Positions 10,142 to 19,010 of a DNA stretch of 64,000 nt are shown here, piece by piece. The notes below the pieces were generated by a model that did no database searches, was not told the DNA's origin, and saw only the letters and a program-made list of their open reading frames with translations. How positions within the stretch are numbered: position 1 is the first letter of the stretch; each line of letters opens with the position of its first letter. The stretch covers positions 416,001 through 480,000 of the forward strand of contig CAWFUG010000009.1 in NCBI GenBank assembly GCA_963818965.1, given 5' to 3'. The translations under genes were made by a program, and so were the position numbers. This stretch comes from an uncultured Verrucomicrobiae bacterium (GTDB lineage: Bacteria; Chlamydiota; Chlamydiia; Chlamydiales; Rhabdochlamydiaceae).

Positions 10142-10807
10142 TTGTTTATGTCTTTGTGTTTAGGTTTAGGGCATAGTGCGGGAGAGCTGAATTCTGTTCC
10201 ATTACCCGGGCTAGCTCAATCGCGTTGGATGAAGTTCTGTGAAGAAAACCATATATTTAGTGGTTTTGAAGTAGGGAATAAATCGACAGAGGAAAAATCT
10301 GCTAGAGTGTATGCAAGCACAGATAAATCGACATCTACTAGTAGCTCTGGATTTGTGATTATCGAGAGACCCCAATTGTGTGATTCTCATTACGAGGCCC
10401 CTTGTCCATCCAGGGAATCGAGTCTTTCAAAGGAATTGAGCGAGGCTAAATATATCCAACTCTATGCGAGGATCCCTAGCTCGACACTGGCAAGTAGCTC
10501 TGAGATGACATGCAGTTCTGTCTGGAGCGAGCCCTTTGATGAAATCAGACCTTTTCAGACGATCAGTACAGAGAGTGAAGTTTCTTTAGGATATATTCCA
10601 GATGATGCGGGGGAAGAACCTGAGGATGTAAAACAAGAAGCTTCTGAAGTAGGTTATTCTCCCACTGATGCGGGGGAGATTTCTAGGTATTCTCCACCCA
10701 CCCTCGCAGAAGAATATGATCTCCGAATTCAGGCGCAATTTTTACAGCATGCATCGCCTTTGTGGGGTCAGCCCTTAAATACCTGGCAAATCCCCATCGC
10801 ATTCTAG
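10142..10807 (+). CDS. Ser/Glu-rich hypothetical protein, candidate secreted effector (paralog 2)
   Basis: Shares ELSEAKYIQLYARIPSSTL.SSSEMTCSSVWSEPFDEIRPF with the upstream ORF. The true start may be ATG 10148. Confidence 0.6.
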   Translation: MFMSLCLGLGHSAGELNSVPLPGLAQSRWMKFCEENHIFSGFEVGNKSTEEKSARVYASTDKSTSTSSSGFVIIERPQLCDSHYEAPCPSRESSLSKELSEAKYIQLYARIPSSTLASSSEMTCSSVWSEPFDEIRPFQTISTESEVSLGYIPDDAGEEPEDVKQEASEVGYSPTDAGEISRYSPPTLAEEYDLRIQAQFLQHASPLWGQPLNTWQIPIAF

Positions 10808-10983
10808 CTCTGAAGGCAATGGCGCCACCAGCACAGAGGTCACGGCTTCGATTCATTGATGTTGTTTTTTGCGCATTCAGGGGAGATTATCTCTCCTGAA
10901 TACCTATCTGTTTTACTTTTGAGTCTACTTGGGTATATACCCCTTCCACCTCAATCGTACCCAAGAAAACCGAATGAAAAGTT

Positions 10984-11057
10984 CTCAAAATTCGAATCAA
11001 AGGTCGGGGTTAATATTAAATTCAATATTGACCCCGACCTTTGGTTCGAATTTTGAG
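10984..11057. repeat. 34-bp-stem inverted repeat between convergent genes
   Basis: CTCAAAATTCGAATCAAAGGTCGGGGTTAATATT / AATATTGACCCCGACCTTTGGTTCGAATTTTGAG, 2 mismatches. Confidence 0.85.
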
Positions 11058-11061
11058 GCTT

Positions 11062-12066
11062 TTAATCGGTTTGCTTGTGGTTACGATTGAGGTGGAAGGG
11101 GTATATATCCCGTATTCGCTCTGTAACAGCCTCTTCGAGATAAGGGAGGAGCTCAGGGTATTCTTTTTGAAGCCATCTTTTCAGTTCCAATGTCCCATAG
11201 AAGAGCTCCTGTCTATAGACGAAGGGCTCGCGCATTCTCTCATTTTCCAGGAAGGAGCCCGAATCGATTTCGACTGCTTGGGTGCCGATGAATCCCAAAT
11301 TGCGATCGACGATATCCCGATCGGCAAATCCCTTCGTGCAGCGCACGAGGATCAATTGGAGCAGGGAGTCGATGCACTCCTTTGCAGCTGCGTGGTTTTC
11401 CTCCTGTTTCAAGGCGGCGAGGTGTGTTTCGATCGGGACTGCCTTTTTTTGGAGGAAAAACTTGGCAGTATCGAGATCGATCGTATGAGCGATACCACAG
11501 CTATCGTAGAGGTTAAGGCTCCGCTGGAGGTGCTCTGTCGGGTTAAGGTGAAGATAGAGAAGCCCTGCTTCCTCTTTTAGCTGAGTATAGGCCAGTTTGA
11601 GGCTCGTGAAGGTCCGCAGCAGCCGGTATTCGCGCATGCCAAACAGGCGCTTGAGCGCTTTATCGAAAAAAGAGTGACTCTCCCCCTTCGCGTAGGAGAG
11701 ATCGGAAAGAGTCCCCGCATAGCTACTGTAATCTTCTAGAAAGATCCCCCGATGGATGTAGACAGGTCGTAACAGGTCCAACTTGAAGAATTTGATGACC
11801 GTCGATTCATCTGCGCTCAAAAAGGCGAAGCATTCGCTGCCAGCTCCCAAAAAGGTGTAGCTTTGCGAGAGGAGCGCATCGACTGCTTTTTCCGTTTCTG
11901 CAGAAAGAGGCGGGGTTTGCCAGTCAGAGTGGAAAGGAAGGTCTTGCGCGCGGATCCTCTCGATACAAAAGCCGCGGGTTTGCCGTTCGATGAGTTGCTG
12001 TAACCCTAAAAACAACCCGATAGCGCAACAGAATTTAAAAAAAGTTTTCACAAAACGTTGAATCAT
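11062..12066 (-). CDS. Membrane-anchored kinase-like protein, paralog 5 of 5
   Basis: N-terminal hydrophobic anchor; LGAGSECFAF, VIKFF, KGFADRDIVDRN, IDSG. Start ATG 12066. Confidence 0.7.
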   Translation of the reverse strand: MIQRFVKTFFKFCCAIGLFLGLQQLIERQTRGFCIERIRAQDLPFHSDWQTPPLSAETEKAVDALLSQSYTFLGAGSECFAFLSADESTVIKFFKLDLLRPVYIHRGIFLEDYSSYAGTLSDLSYAKGESHSFFDKALKRLFGMREYRLLRTFTSLKLAYTQLKEEAGLLYLHLNPTEHLQRSLNLYDSCGIAHTIDLDTAKFFLQKKAVPIETHLAALKQEENHAAAKECIDSLLQLILVRCTKGFADRDIVDRNLGFIGTQAVEIDSGSFLENERMREPFVYRQELFYGTLELKRWLQKEYPELLPYLEEAVTERIRDIYPFHLNRNHKQTD

Positions 12067-12958
12067 CCTCACATGATAATCGCTCCTGCAATTCTCGATC
12101 AAGAGGGGGGATGAGAGAGGGCGCATTTTTTGTCAGCCAAAATTTTAAGCTGGCAAAGACGCGTTCGCTCTCTTTTTGTCGGTACTGTTGGGAGCAGACT
12201 GCCCCGTCCTTCGAGAGGGGGCCGATGTCGATTTGGATTGCTTTCCCCTCGAGGAAGCCATAATTGGTGCGGATCAGGGGGTCGTTGTCTGCAATGCCGT
12301 GCCCGTACTTCCAAAAGAAGAGATCGAGCAGGGAAGACAGCGCCTGGCTCGCCTCAGATGTCTTCCCCTCATCGATCATTTTTTTGAGCGCCGGATAGGC
12401 GAGCTCGACCTTTTTTTGGATGACGAACCCGATCCCATTCAGATCGATCGGATGCGCGATATTGAGCCGATCGATGAGGAAGAGGGGAGCGGGGAGTTCT
12501 GCGCCTTTTTGCAGATGTACGTAGAGCAGCGCTGTCTGCTCCTGCATCTCCTCAAAAGCGATCGCGTAGCTCGTGAATGTCCGCTGGAGCTTCTGCTCGA
12601 AGAAGTTCCGTTTTGCCTCTGCCCATGTGTTTAAAAAGGGGAAGTGGGAAAAGAATCTAAAGAGGGAAATTTTAGAGGGATAGGCGTTATTGAAGATCTT
12701 GAGGACATATTCTCCATCTTCAGAGAGAAACGCAAAGCTCTGTTTCCCCCGCCCGAAGTAGCGGAATTTTTGCTGCAGAAGCGAAAGTGGCGCGTGAGGT
12801 GTTTGAGGTAGGAGAGCCTCTGAGGTTTTTTTGGGGGGTAAGTTATCTCTGATTTTCCACAGCGCAAACCCTTTGGTCTCGTGGTGGCAAAAGCGGGCCG
12901 TTCCATAACAGAGGAGCGGGATGAGGAGGAGGGTAAGTATTCTAGACTTTAGCATCAT
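12035..12958 (-). CDS. Membrane-anchored kinase-like protein, paralog 4 of 5
   Basis: FGRGKQSFAF, VLKIF, HGIADNDPLIRTN, IDIG. Confidence 0.7.
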   Translation of the reverse strand: MMLKSRILTLLLIPLLCYGTARFCHHETKGFALWKIRDNLPPKKTSEALLPQTPHAPLSLLQQKFRYFGRGKQSFAFLSEDGEYVLKIFNNAYPSKISLFRFFSHFPFLNTWAEAKRNFFEQKLQRTFTSYAIAFEEMQEQTALLYVHLQKGAELPAPLFLIDRLNIAHPIDLNGIGFVIQKKVELAYPALKKMIDEGKTSEASQALSSLLDLFFWKYGHGIADNDPLIRTNYGFLEGKAIQIDIGPLSKDGAVCSQQYRQKESERVFASLKFWLTKNAPSLIPPLDRELQERLSCEDDSTFCENFF

Positions 12959-12980
12959 TTGACAAGTTGTTTTCTCTACA

Positions 12981-13066
12981 AACCTTTTTTCTCTCTGTGG
13001 TTTCCCCTCTCTGTGGTTAAAAAAATTTCACCACAGAGAGGGGAAACCACAGAGAGAAAAAAGGTT
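12981..13066. repeat. Repeat family A, copy 2 (perfect 37-bp stem, 12-nt loop)
   Basis: 12981-13017 is the exact reverse complement of 13030-13066; it contains the intact IS110 target CACCACAGAGAGGGGAAACC. Confidence 0.95.
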
Positions 13067-13070
13067 CTAT

Positions 13071-13934
13071 TCATGCATAAATTTTCATCTCTTCATCGAG
13101 AAGATCTACGAGTTCAGGGTGACACTCTTCTAACCAGTGGCGGAAGCGTTTCATGATCAGGCGGAGATCTTCTCGGTAGACGTCGGGGTTTTTGCGCTGA
13201 TCGTCCCTCACAAAACGCCCCACGTCGATGAAGATCGGCGCTTCTTCGATAAATCCCAAATTGCGATGGATCTTCGGATCCTCGTCGAAAATCCCCTTTT
13301 CACAGCGGGAGACGATCCCTTTTAAGATGGCGGCAAATCCTGCGCGGAGCTTAGTGAGATTTTGTTCTTCTACGAGGGTGTCGATGTAATCATAAGCCAA
13401 GATCGCTCTTTTTTGCAGGACGAATTCGACATCATTAAGGGGGATCTCATGGGAGATGCCGAGTTTATCGATGATATGGGCCGTGAGATCGAGGGGCACA
13501 TCTTTGTTGAGGTGGATGTAGAGCAGACCCGATTCCTCTTTTAGCTCTTCGTAGGCGAGTTTGTAGCTCGTGAAATCGCGGCGCATTTTAAGGAGTGATT
13601 TCTGCAATTTCTTTTCAGAGAGATAGGGGTAAAGGTAAGAGTAGGGCTTGCGGAAGCGGTGTTTGAAGAATTTAATCACGTAGCGTTCATCATGTGAGGC
13701 AAAGGCGAAGGCTTGACCCCCACAGGCTAAATAGTGAAAGGGTTGGGAGAGGATCTCTCGGAGCTGTTCTCTTTGTGCGGTTTCGATCGGCTCTATTTCC
13801 CATTCAGGAGAAGGAGCGAATTCAGAATGGATTCTAGCGACGGAAAACCCATCGGTCTGAGCGTCGCAAAAGGTTTTAGCGAGGTAGAAGATCAGCATTA
13901 CAGCGCTTAAAAGTGTTAAAAATCTGAATTTCAT
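13071..13934 (-). CDS. Membrane-anchored kinase-like protein, paralog 3 of 5
   Basis: LACGGQAFAF, VIKFF, KGIFDEDPKIHRN, IDVG. Confidence 0.7.
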   Translation of the reverse strand: MKFRFLTLLSAVMLIFYLAKTFCDAQTDGFSVARIHSEFAPSPEWEIEPIETAQREQLREILSQPFHYLACGGQAFAFASHDERYVIKFFKHRFRKPYSYLYPYLSEKKLQKSLLKMRRDFTSYKLAYEELKEESGLLYIHLNKDVPLDLTAHIIDKLGISHEIPLNDVEFVLQKRAILAYDYIDTLVEEQNLTKLRAGFAAILKGIVSRCEKGIFDEDPKIHRNLGFIEEAPIFIDVGRFVRDDQRKNPDVYREDLRLIMKRFRHWLEECHPELVDLLDEEMKIYA

Positions 13935-14716
13935 AGGAAGCTGGCCACAGTTTGATCAAAATGTTCGAGGAGCTCTTCGTGATGGGTAGCGAGCCAGTTG
14001 CGAAAGCGGGGAGTGATCCGCGCGATCTCTTTCTTGTAATTCTCCTGGTTTTTGATCTCTTCTGAATAGACGACTCGCCCGATGTCGAAGAGGATTGGTT
14101 CCCCTGCGATAAAGCCGCAGTTCGACTGGAAGTTGGCATCCCGATTTCGGAATCCTTTTTTGAAGAGATCGACATGGAGCAAGAGGAGGCGTTCGATTCC
14201 TTCTTTGGCGAGATCTTCTCGACCTTGGCTTACCCACGCATCGATTTGATCATAAGTGAGAATGGCTCTTTTTTGCAGCAAAAAGAGATGCTCCTCTAAA
14301 TCGAGGTCAAGGGGTATTCCTTCCGGTCCGAACAGGCGCGCGGTTCGGGGCAGGGGGGTGCGTTTTAGATGGGCGTAGAGAACCCCTGTTTCTTGGGCAA
14401 AGTGTTCAGAGCAGAGCTGAAAGGCGTAAAGGACCTTGTTTTTTTGAAGTGCTGCCTTCGCTTTATTTTTCGAGAATTTGGGTTTTAAGAATTTCAAAAC
14501 AAACTGCCCATCTGCGCTGAAAAAGACATGGGATTGTCCTCCTCTGCCGAAGTAGTGATACTCTTGCGAGAGGGCCTCTTCGACAATTGCCTTTTCTCGT
14601 TCAGAGAGCTGGCCAGAAGGGGCTGTGGCGGAGATTTTTTCCACTGAAAACGAGCGGCTCTCTTGTGTCGTACAAGCGAAAAGAAGCGTCAAGCTCATCA
14701 AGAGAACGTACCACAT
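13931..14716 (-). CDS. Kinase-like putative lipoprotein, paralog 2 of 5
   Basis: Lipobox-like LLFAC; FGRGGQSHVF, VLKFL, KGFRNRDANFQSN, FDIG. Confidence 0.7.
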   Translation of the reverse strand: MWYVLLMSLTLLFACTTQESRSFSVEKISATAPSGQLSEREKAIVEEALSQEYHYFGRGGQSHVFFSADGQFVLKFLKPKFSKNKAKAALQKNKVLYAFQLCSEHFAQETGVLYAHLKRTPLPRTARLFGPEGIPLDLDLEEHLFLLQKRAILTYDQIDAWVSQGREDLAKEGIERLLLLHVDLFKKGFRNRDANFQSNCGFIAGEPILFDIGRVVYSEEIKNQENYKKEIARITPRFRNWLATHHEELLEHFDQTVASFL

Positions 14717-15610
14717 CTAAATTTCCGATTCTAATCGATGGATTTCATGCATCAGATGCTCAGAGAGGGGAGGACAGCTTTGATCGAGCCACTGGCGAAA
14801 ATGGTCTGTAGTCCGGATGATCTCATCCCGATAATTCTCTTCCGTCCCTTTTTCTTCACGGGGGCGGAACCTGCCGATATCGATTTGCAGCGGCTTTTGA
14901 CCAATGAAGCCGAAATTTGTATTGAGATCGGGATCTTTGTCGAAGATTCCCCTTTCACAGCGCACAGCGAGCAGGCGGACCAATGCAGAAATCGCTTCTT
15001 TCGCTTCGGAGATCTCTCCTTTTTGTACCAGCGCATCGATCGCAGGGTAGACCAACTGCGCCCGTTTTTGTACCAAAAATTCCATGTCATCGAGACAGAT
15101 GCGATGAGCGATATTCAGTTTATCGTAGAGGATGAGTTCTTTGTCGAGGTGCTTTGTCTTATTCAGATGCAGATAGAGCAATCCCGTCTCATCGCGCAAT
15201 TGATCATAGGCGATGACGTAACTCTGGAAGTCCTTGCGGAGCTCTTCTCTCTTCTGTAGCCATTTTCTCAATTGAAAGGCCTGTAAAAAAGGGGGGAACT
15301 GCAGCTGAGAAATCCAAAAAGGAGGGAGCAAATGGTTGAGGCGGAAAAATTTGATGACCGACTCTCCATCTTCTGAAACAAAGACGAAAGACTGCGCCCC
15401 TTTGGCCAAATAAAAATAGGGCTGATCGAGTGTTTTTAAGACGGCAGAGCACTCGTTTTCAGGAAGTAGTTCCACTTCCCAATCGGGATTAAACGGCAGG
15501 GAAGATTGGATTTTATGAGGGGAAAACCCTTCCGTTCTCTTGTAGCAAAATCGCTTGACAAGAGGCAAAGACCCTACGACGAGAAGAATGAAAAGGATGC
15601 GTCTTAACAT
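14717..15610 (-). CDS. Membrane-anchored kinase-like protein, paralog 1 of 5
   Basis: LAKGAQSFVF, VIKFF, RGIFDKDPDLNTN, IDIG. Confidence 0.7.
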   Translation of the reverse strand: MLRRILFILLVVGSLPLVKRFCYKRTEGFSPHKIQSSLPFNPDWEVELLPENECSAVLKTLDQPYFYLAKGAQSFVFVSEDGESVIKFFRLNHLLPPFWISQLQFPPFLQAFQLRKWLQKREELRKDFQSYVIAYDQLRDETGLLYLHLNKTKHLDKELILYDKLNIAHRICLDDMEFLVQKRAQLVYPAIDALVQKGEISEAKEAISALVRLLAVRCERGIFDKDPDLNTNFGFIGQKPLQIDIGRFRPREEKGTEENYRDEIIRTTDHFRQWLDQSCPPLSEHLMHEIHRLESEI

Positions 15611-15937
15611 GTGGCTACAATGTAGCCTCTATACCCAATTTAGCTCAAGAACCTATCCCTTAACTGGACTCAAAAGTCGGTGGTCCTCATCGCTAGAAAA
15701 ATAGAATCTTAAGCAAAAAATAGTAAGGTGGACCCCAATGTCTAGACAAAAAAATCAGATCATTTTGCGCGTCTTGACGCTTGCTCCAAAAACCTTACCA
15801 AAAGCTCCTTATACCCAAGTGGACTCACGAGTTGCCAGATCTTGAGCTTGGTCTGGCACAACTTTTGTTTATAGAAATTAACGAAATGTCTATAGTAGAC
15901 GCTCGCATTGATTTTTTTAACAAAAAACAGGAGTTTT

Positions 15938-17695
15938 ATGGCTTCCTCTTTAGGTGGTGTACCCCAACGCAACTCAATTCAGCCCATTCCAGAACATGCC
16001 GCCTCAACGAAGCTAGCTCTCCCCAGCGAGCTATGGAAGCTCATTTGGCACTATTTGCCTGTGCAAGCGCGATTGAGCTGGGGATCTACAGCAAAAGCGA
16101 TGCGCGGCGATCCTGAGATTTGGGAGCTCTTTTTAACGCGCTGTTATCCCGGCATTTATGCAAGACACCACGCGCAGGTTCCTGAATGGCAACTTTCTTC
16201 TCTTTTTTTTCAAATCAAGAAAGAGATCGCAGCCATCGGTCCTCATATCAGCCAGGGAAAATGCACCATTCGCACTTTGGATTGGATCGAGGGGAACCCG
16301 ATTGCCAAATACGTCTTTGAGGGGCAGATCTATACCTGCTTTTGTAATGGAGCAATCAGGGTGTGGGATCTGATCCAGAAAAAAGAGCTCTATACGCTAT
16401 GTGAGGGGGATGAGACTGTGCATTGGACTCGATCAGATGTGGCTCTTACAGCTTCTGCGCGGTTCCTCATCCTTTCTCAAAAACAGGTAGTAGCGGAGCG
16501 AAAGACGCTGATGATTTGGGATCTCGAGGAGCGGGAAAAAAGCCCTTCCCTTCTCATTGACTGTGCTGCGTACCAATTGCTCCATGATCAACTCTATTAT
16601 GTCACTGCACAGAATCTAATCCAGGTGATCGATTTAAAGACACTAGAGGAGAAGGTCTGTTTTGCTTTTCCAAGCGAAAAATCACAGCTTGGCTATAATT
16701 TTCAGTTTTTTGTGGGTCCGGGACAGGTTCTTTACTTATTCATGGGCGGAGAGATTATAGAATGGGATTTGAAAGTAGGGAAGGAGCGCAGTCGCTTTCC
16801 TCACAGGCTTCCCGCGGAAGCGCGGATTGAATGGTATGAAGGGGGGCAGTTTTTGCGGTTGGTCGCAGATGGTAAATATCTTTGCCTATACCCCGATTCC
16901 TTGGAGAGAAACGACTTGATTTATTTCTGCGATCTCCGCCGCGAATCAAAACAATGGCTTTGTACTGAGTGCAATGTCCCTGCGGCAGATTGTGAGATGG
17001 CTGAGGGGGGATTCTTCTATAGAAGTCGAAACAGGTTGGTGAACTTCTACTCTTTTGAGGGCAAAAAGACATATTCTTGGCCTCTTGGAACAGATGTGGA
17101 GATCGACTATTTTTGGATCGAACCGGAACCCCGTTCGATTCAATGTCAATGGGATGGGTATGAACGGTTTTGCCTGCCTTATTCTCAATCATCCATTAGC
17201 GTGAGAGACTTTAGCTTCTCTTGTCAGGCGTCCTATGCAGAAGAAGTGCTCGATCAGAGTCTAGAAGTTGTAGAGTCGATGCAACATGCAGAGAATGAAG
17301 AAGCGTGGAAAGATCTTTTTCAAAAGCTACACCTCGATTTTCAAGCCGAGTGGGAGAGTGCTGCTTATCTAGACCCCCTAACGATTAAAAGAATGCAAAC
17401 AGACATTTACTTCCAGCAAATGCTCCATATGCTTCACAGGGAAGATTTACAGATCGTAAGAGAGCTTTTGTACAAATGGATAGAGATCGATCCGGGGAAT
17501 CAGGAGAGACTGAGGTGTTGTATCAATGCTACCATAAGAAGGGGTTGTCCTTTGCAAGAGGAAGAAAATAGCATCGATGCCTTTTTCCACCTAAACCCGG
17601 GCCGACCCAATCTCGTAAAGACGCCGATCGGATATCAGGCGTATATGATTCAGAAGTTGCAGATCCTAAAAACTAATACCAATCCTCGAAAATAA
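15938..17695 (+). CDS. F-box-like protein with WD40/beta-propeller-like region (candidate effector)
   Basis: LPSELWKLIWHYLPVQARLSWGSTAK F-box pattern; repeated IRVWDL, LMIWDL, IEWDL; start ATG 15938 after AGGAG. Confidence 0.75.
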   Translation: MASSLGGVPQRNSIQPIPEHAASTKLALPSELWKLIWHYLPVQARLSWGSTAKAMRGDPEIWELFLTRCYPGIYARHHAQVPEWQLSSLFFQIKKEIAAIGPHISQGKCTIRTLDWIEGNPIAKYVFEGQIYTCFCNGAIRVWDLIQKKELYTLCEGDETVHWTRSDVALTASARFLILSQKQVVAERKTLMIWDLEEREKSPSLLIDCAAYQLLHDQLYYVTAQNLIQVIDLKTLEEKVCFAFPSEKSQLGYNFQFFVGPGQVLYLFMGGEIIEWDLKVGKERSRFPHRLPAEARIEWYEGGQFLRLVADGKYLCLYPDSLERNDLIYFCDLRRESKQWLCTECNVPAADCEMAEGGFFYRSRNRLVNFYSFEGKKTYSWPLGTDVEIDYFWIEPEPRSIQCQWDGYERFCLPYSQSSISVRDFSFSCQASYAEEVLDQSLEVVESMQHAENEEAWKDLFQKLHLDFQAEWESAAYLDPLTIKRMQTDIYFQQMLHMLHREDLQIVRELLYKWIEIDPGNQERLRCCINATIRRGCPLQEEENSIDAFFHLNPGRPNLVKTPIGYQAYMIQKLQILKTNTNPRK

Positions 17696-17727
17696 CTTGC
17701 ATTTCAGCTGCGTCTTATTTTCAAAGA

Positions 17728-18036
17728 TTAAAATCTTCGGGAGCGCTGGAAAAAAAGATAAGAGAAAAAGGCGCCGGCAAGCGTTAAAAGTCCTCCAATG
17801 ATGATGTAAATCAAGGAAGCTTTGTGGATTATTGGGGGGACTTCTTTGGGAGGAGTGGGAGTTCCTCCGAAGAATTTAACGACGGGATCCCAGACTTTAT
17901 ATACGAAAAAGTCGGAAGTTTTTTCCCAGGTGCTTTGGGGAATCTCAATAGGATGAAGCGTGTTTATCCCATAGATAACTAGGTAAATACCCACTGCCAA
18001 GAGAACCAAACTGCCCACGCGTTTGAAATAAATCAT
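17728..18036 (-). CDS. Small two-TM membrane protein
   Basis: 102 aa with hydrophobic segments at both ends. Confidence 0.65.
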   Translation of the reverse strand: MIYFKRVGSLVLLAVGIYLVIYGINTLHPIEIPQSTWEKTSDFFVYKVWDPVVKFFGGTPTPPKEVPPIIHKASLIYIIIGGLLTLAGAFFSYLFFQRSRRF

Positions 18037-18050
18037 GATTTGCTCTTTGC

Positions 18051-18884
18051 TTATTTCAGCGTGATGGTGCGCTCTACGTCGTTGAAGAGGCCGGGGACGC
18101 GCTTATTTTTGGGGTCGAGTAGCTCCAAACGGATCTTGTGCATTCCCTTTTTGAGCCCGTAGATGTAGTGGGGCTGCCAAGAGGTCAACTGCCTTTGTAT
18201 ATTACCATCGATAGTCAGCCGTACCTTGTACCCATCCTTGGAGAGGGTGCAATGGGTCAGATAGAAGTCGAGCAGCACGGGCTTGGGTTTCTTTTCATTA
18301 TAGGGGATGTCCCCTTGAGGAAAATTGTAGGTGAGATAGGGAGCTGAGAGATCGACTTTCGGGTTGTCTTTCTTCTCTTGGAAATAAAAGATGCTGGCCG
18401 TGAAGGCATTTGCCGCTTTGATGCTCTCGTGGTAGGAGCGGCAGGGGTAGGCGCGGATGACGTGCATTCCCGGTTGTAGCTTGAAGGGGATTTCAAAATT
18501 AGCGGTTTGATCGAAGTAGTTTTCGATGTCATCTAGGGCGTCGAGAAAGGCCTCGCTGACGGAGAAGTAGGGCTCATTGTCGATCATGATATGGACCGAT
18601 TGCCCTTCTGGGTCATTCCAAACCTCATTCCTTCTGGGATTATCTTCTGTGTCTACCCCTAATGCGATCCCATCGACCCGGATCTGTCCTTTGATGGGGG
18701 CCGATTTTTTGAGCTCGCCGTATTTGGGAAAGAGGATTTTCGTTTCCACCGCGTTCGGATCGGGAGAGGGATCGACAGGAACGACGCGTATGCTGTGCGG
18801 ATTAGCCTGTTGTTCTTTCAGTTCTGCGGCAAAGTTTGAAGAAAAGAGCAGTGAGAAGACGGTAGTAAGTAGGCTTAGGCGCAT
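18051..18884 (-). CDS. Exported conserved hypothetical protein
   Basis: Signal peptide MRLSLLTTVFSLLFSSNFAA (start 18884, AGGAG upstream); GQSVHIMIDNEPY...PVLLDFYL motifs. The longer ORF-track start lies inside a repeat. Confidence 0.75.
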   Translation of the reverse strand: MRLSLLTTVFSLLFSSNFAAELKEQQANPHSIRVVPVDPSPDPNAVETKILFPKYGELKKSAPIKGQIRVDGIALGVDTEDNPRRNEVWNDPEGQSVHIMIDNEPYFSVSEAFLDALDDIENYFDQTANFEIPFKLQPGMHVIRAYPCRSYHESIKAANAFTASIFYFQEKKDNPKVDLSAPYLTYNFPQGDIPYNEKKPKPVLLDFYLTHCTLSKDGYKVRLTIDGNIQRQLTSWQPHYIYGLKKGMHKIRLELLDPKNKRVPGLFNDVERTITLK

Positions 18885-18898
18885 AAGGATTCTCCTAG

Positions 18899-18965
18899 TA
18901 TACACCCAAGTGAACTCAAAAGGTGGCGCAGTCCTATCGCCAACGTTTGAATTCACTTGGGTATA
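18899..18965. repeat. Repeat family B, full two-arm copy in a divergent promoter region
   Basis: ACCCAAGTGAACTCAAAAGGTGGCG / CGCCAACGTTTGAATTCACTTGGGT, 22/25 complementary. Confidence 0.85.
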
Positions 18966-19010
18966 AAATTTGTGTTTACAGTTTTTCTTTTTTTTCGTCT
19001 ATTGATAAGT

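Noticed and set aside
10856..11056. 66-aa ORF
   Set aside because: Runs through a family B arm and the long hairpin; probably spurious.
18885..19010. Extended N-termini given in the ORF track for 18051..18956 and 18957..20006
   Set aside because: The extensions are translated repeat B; better starts are at 18884 and 19011.
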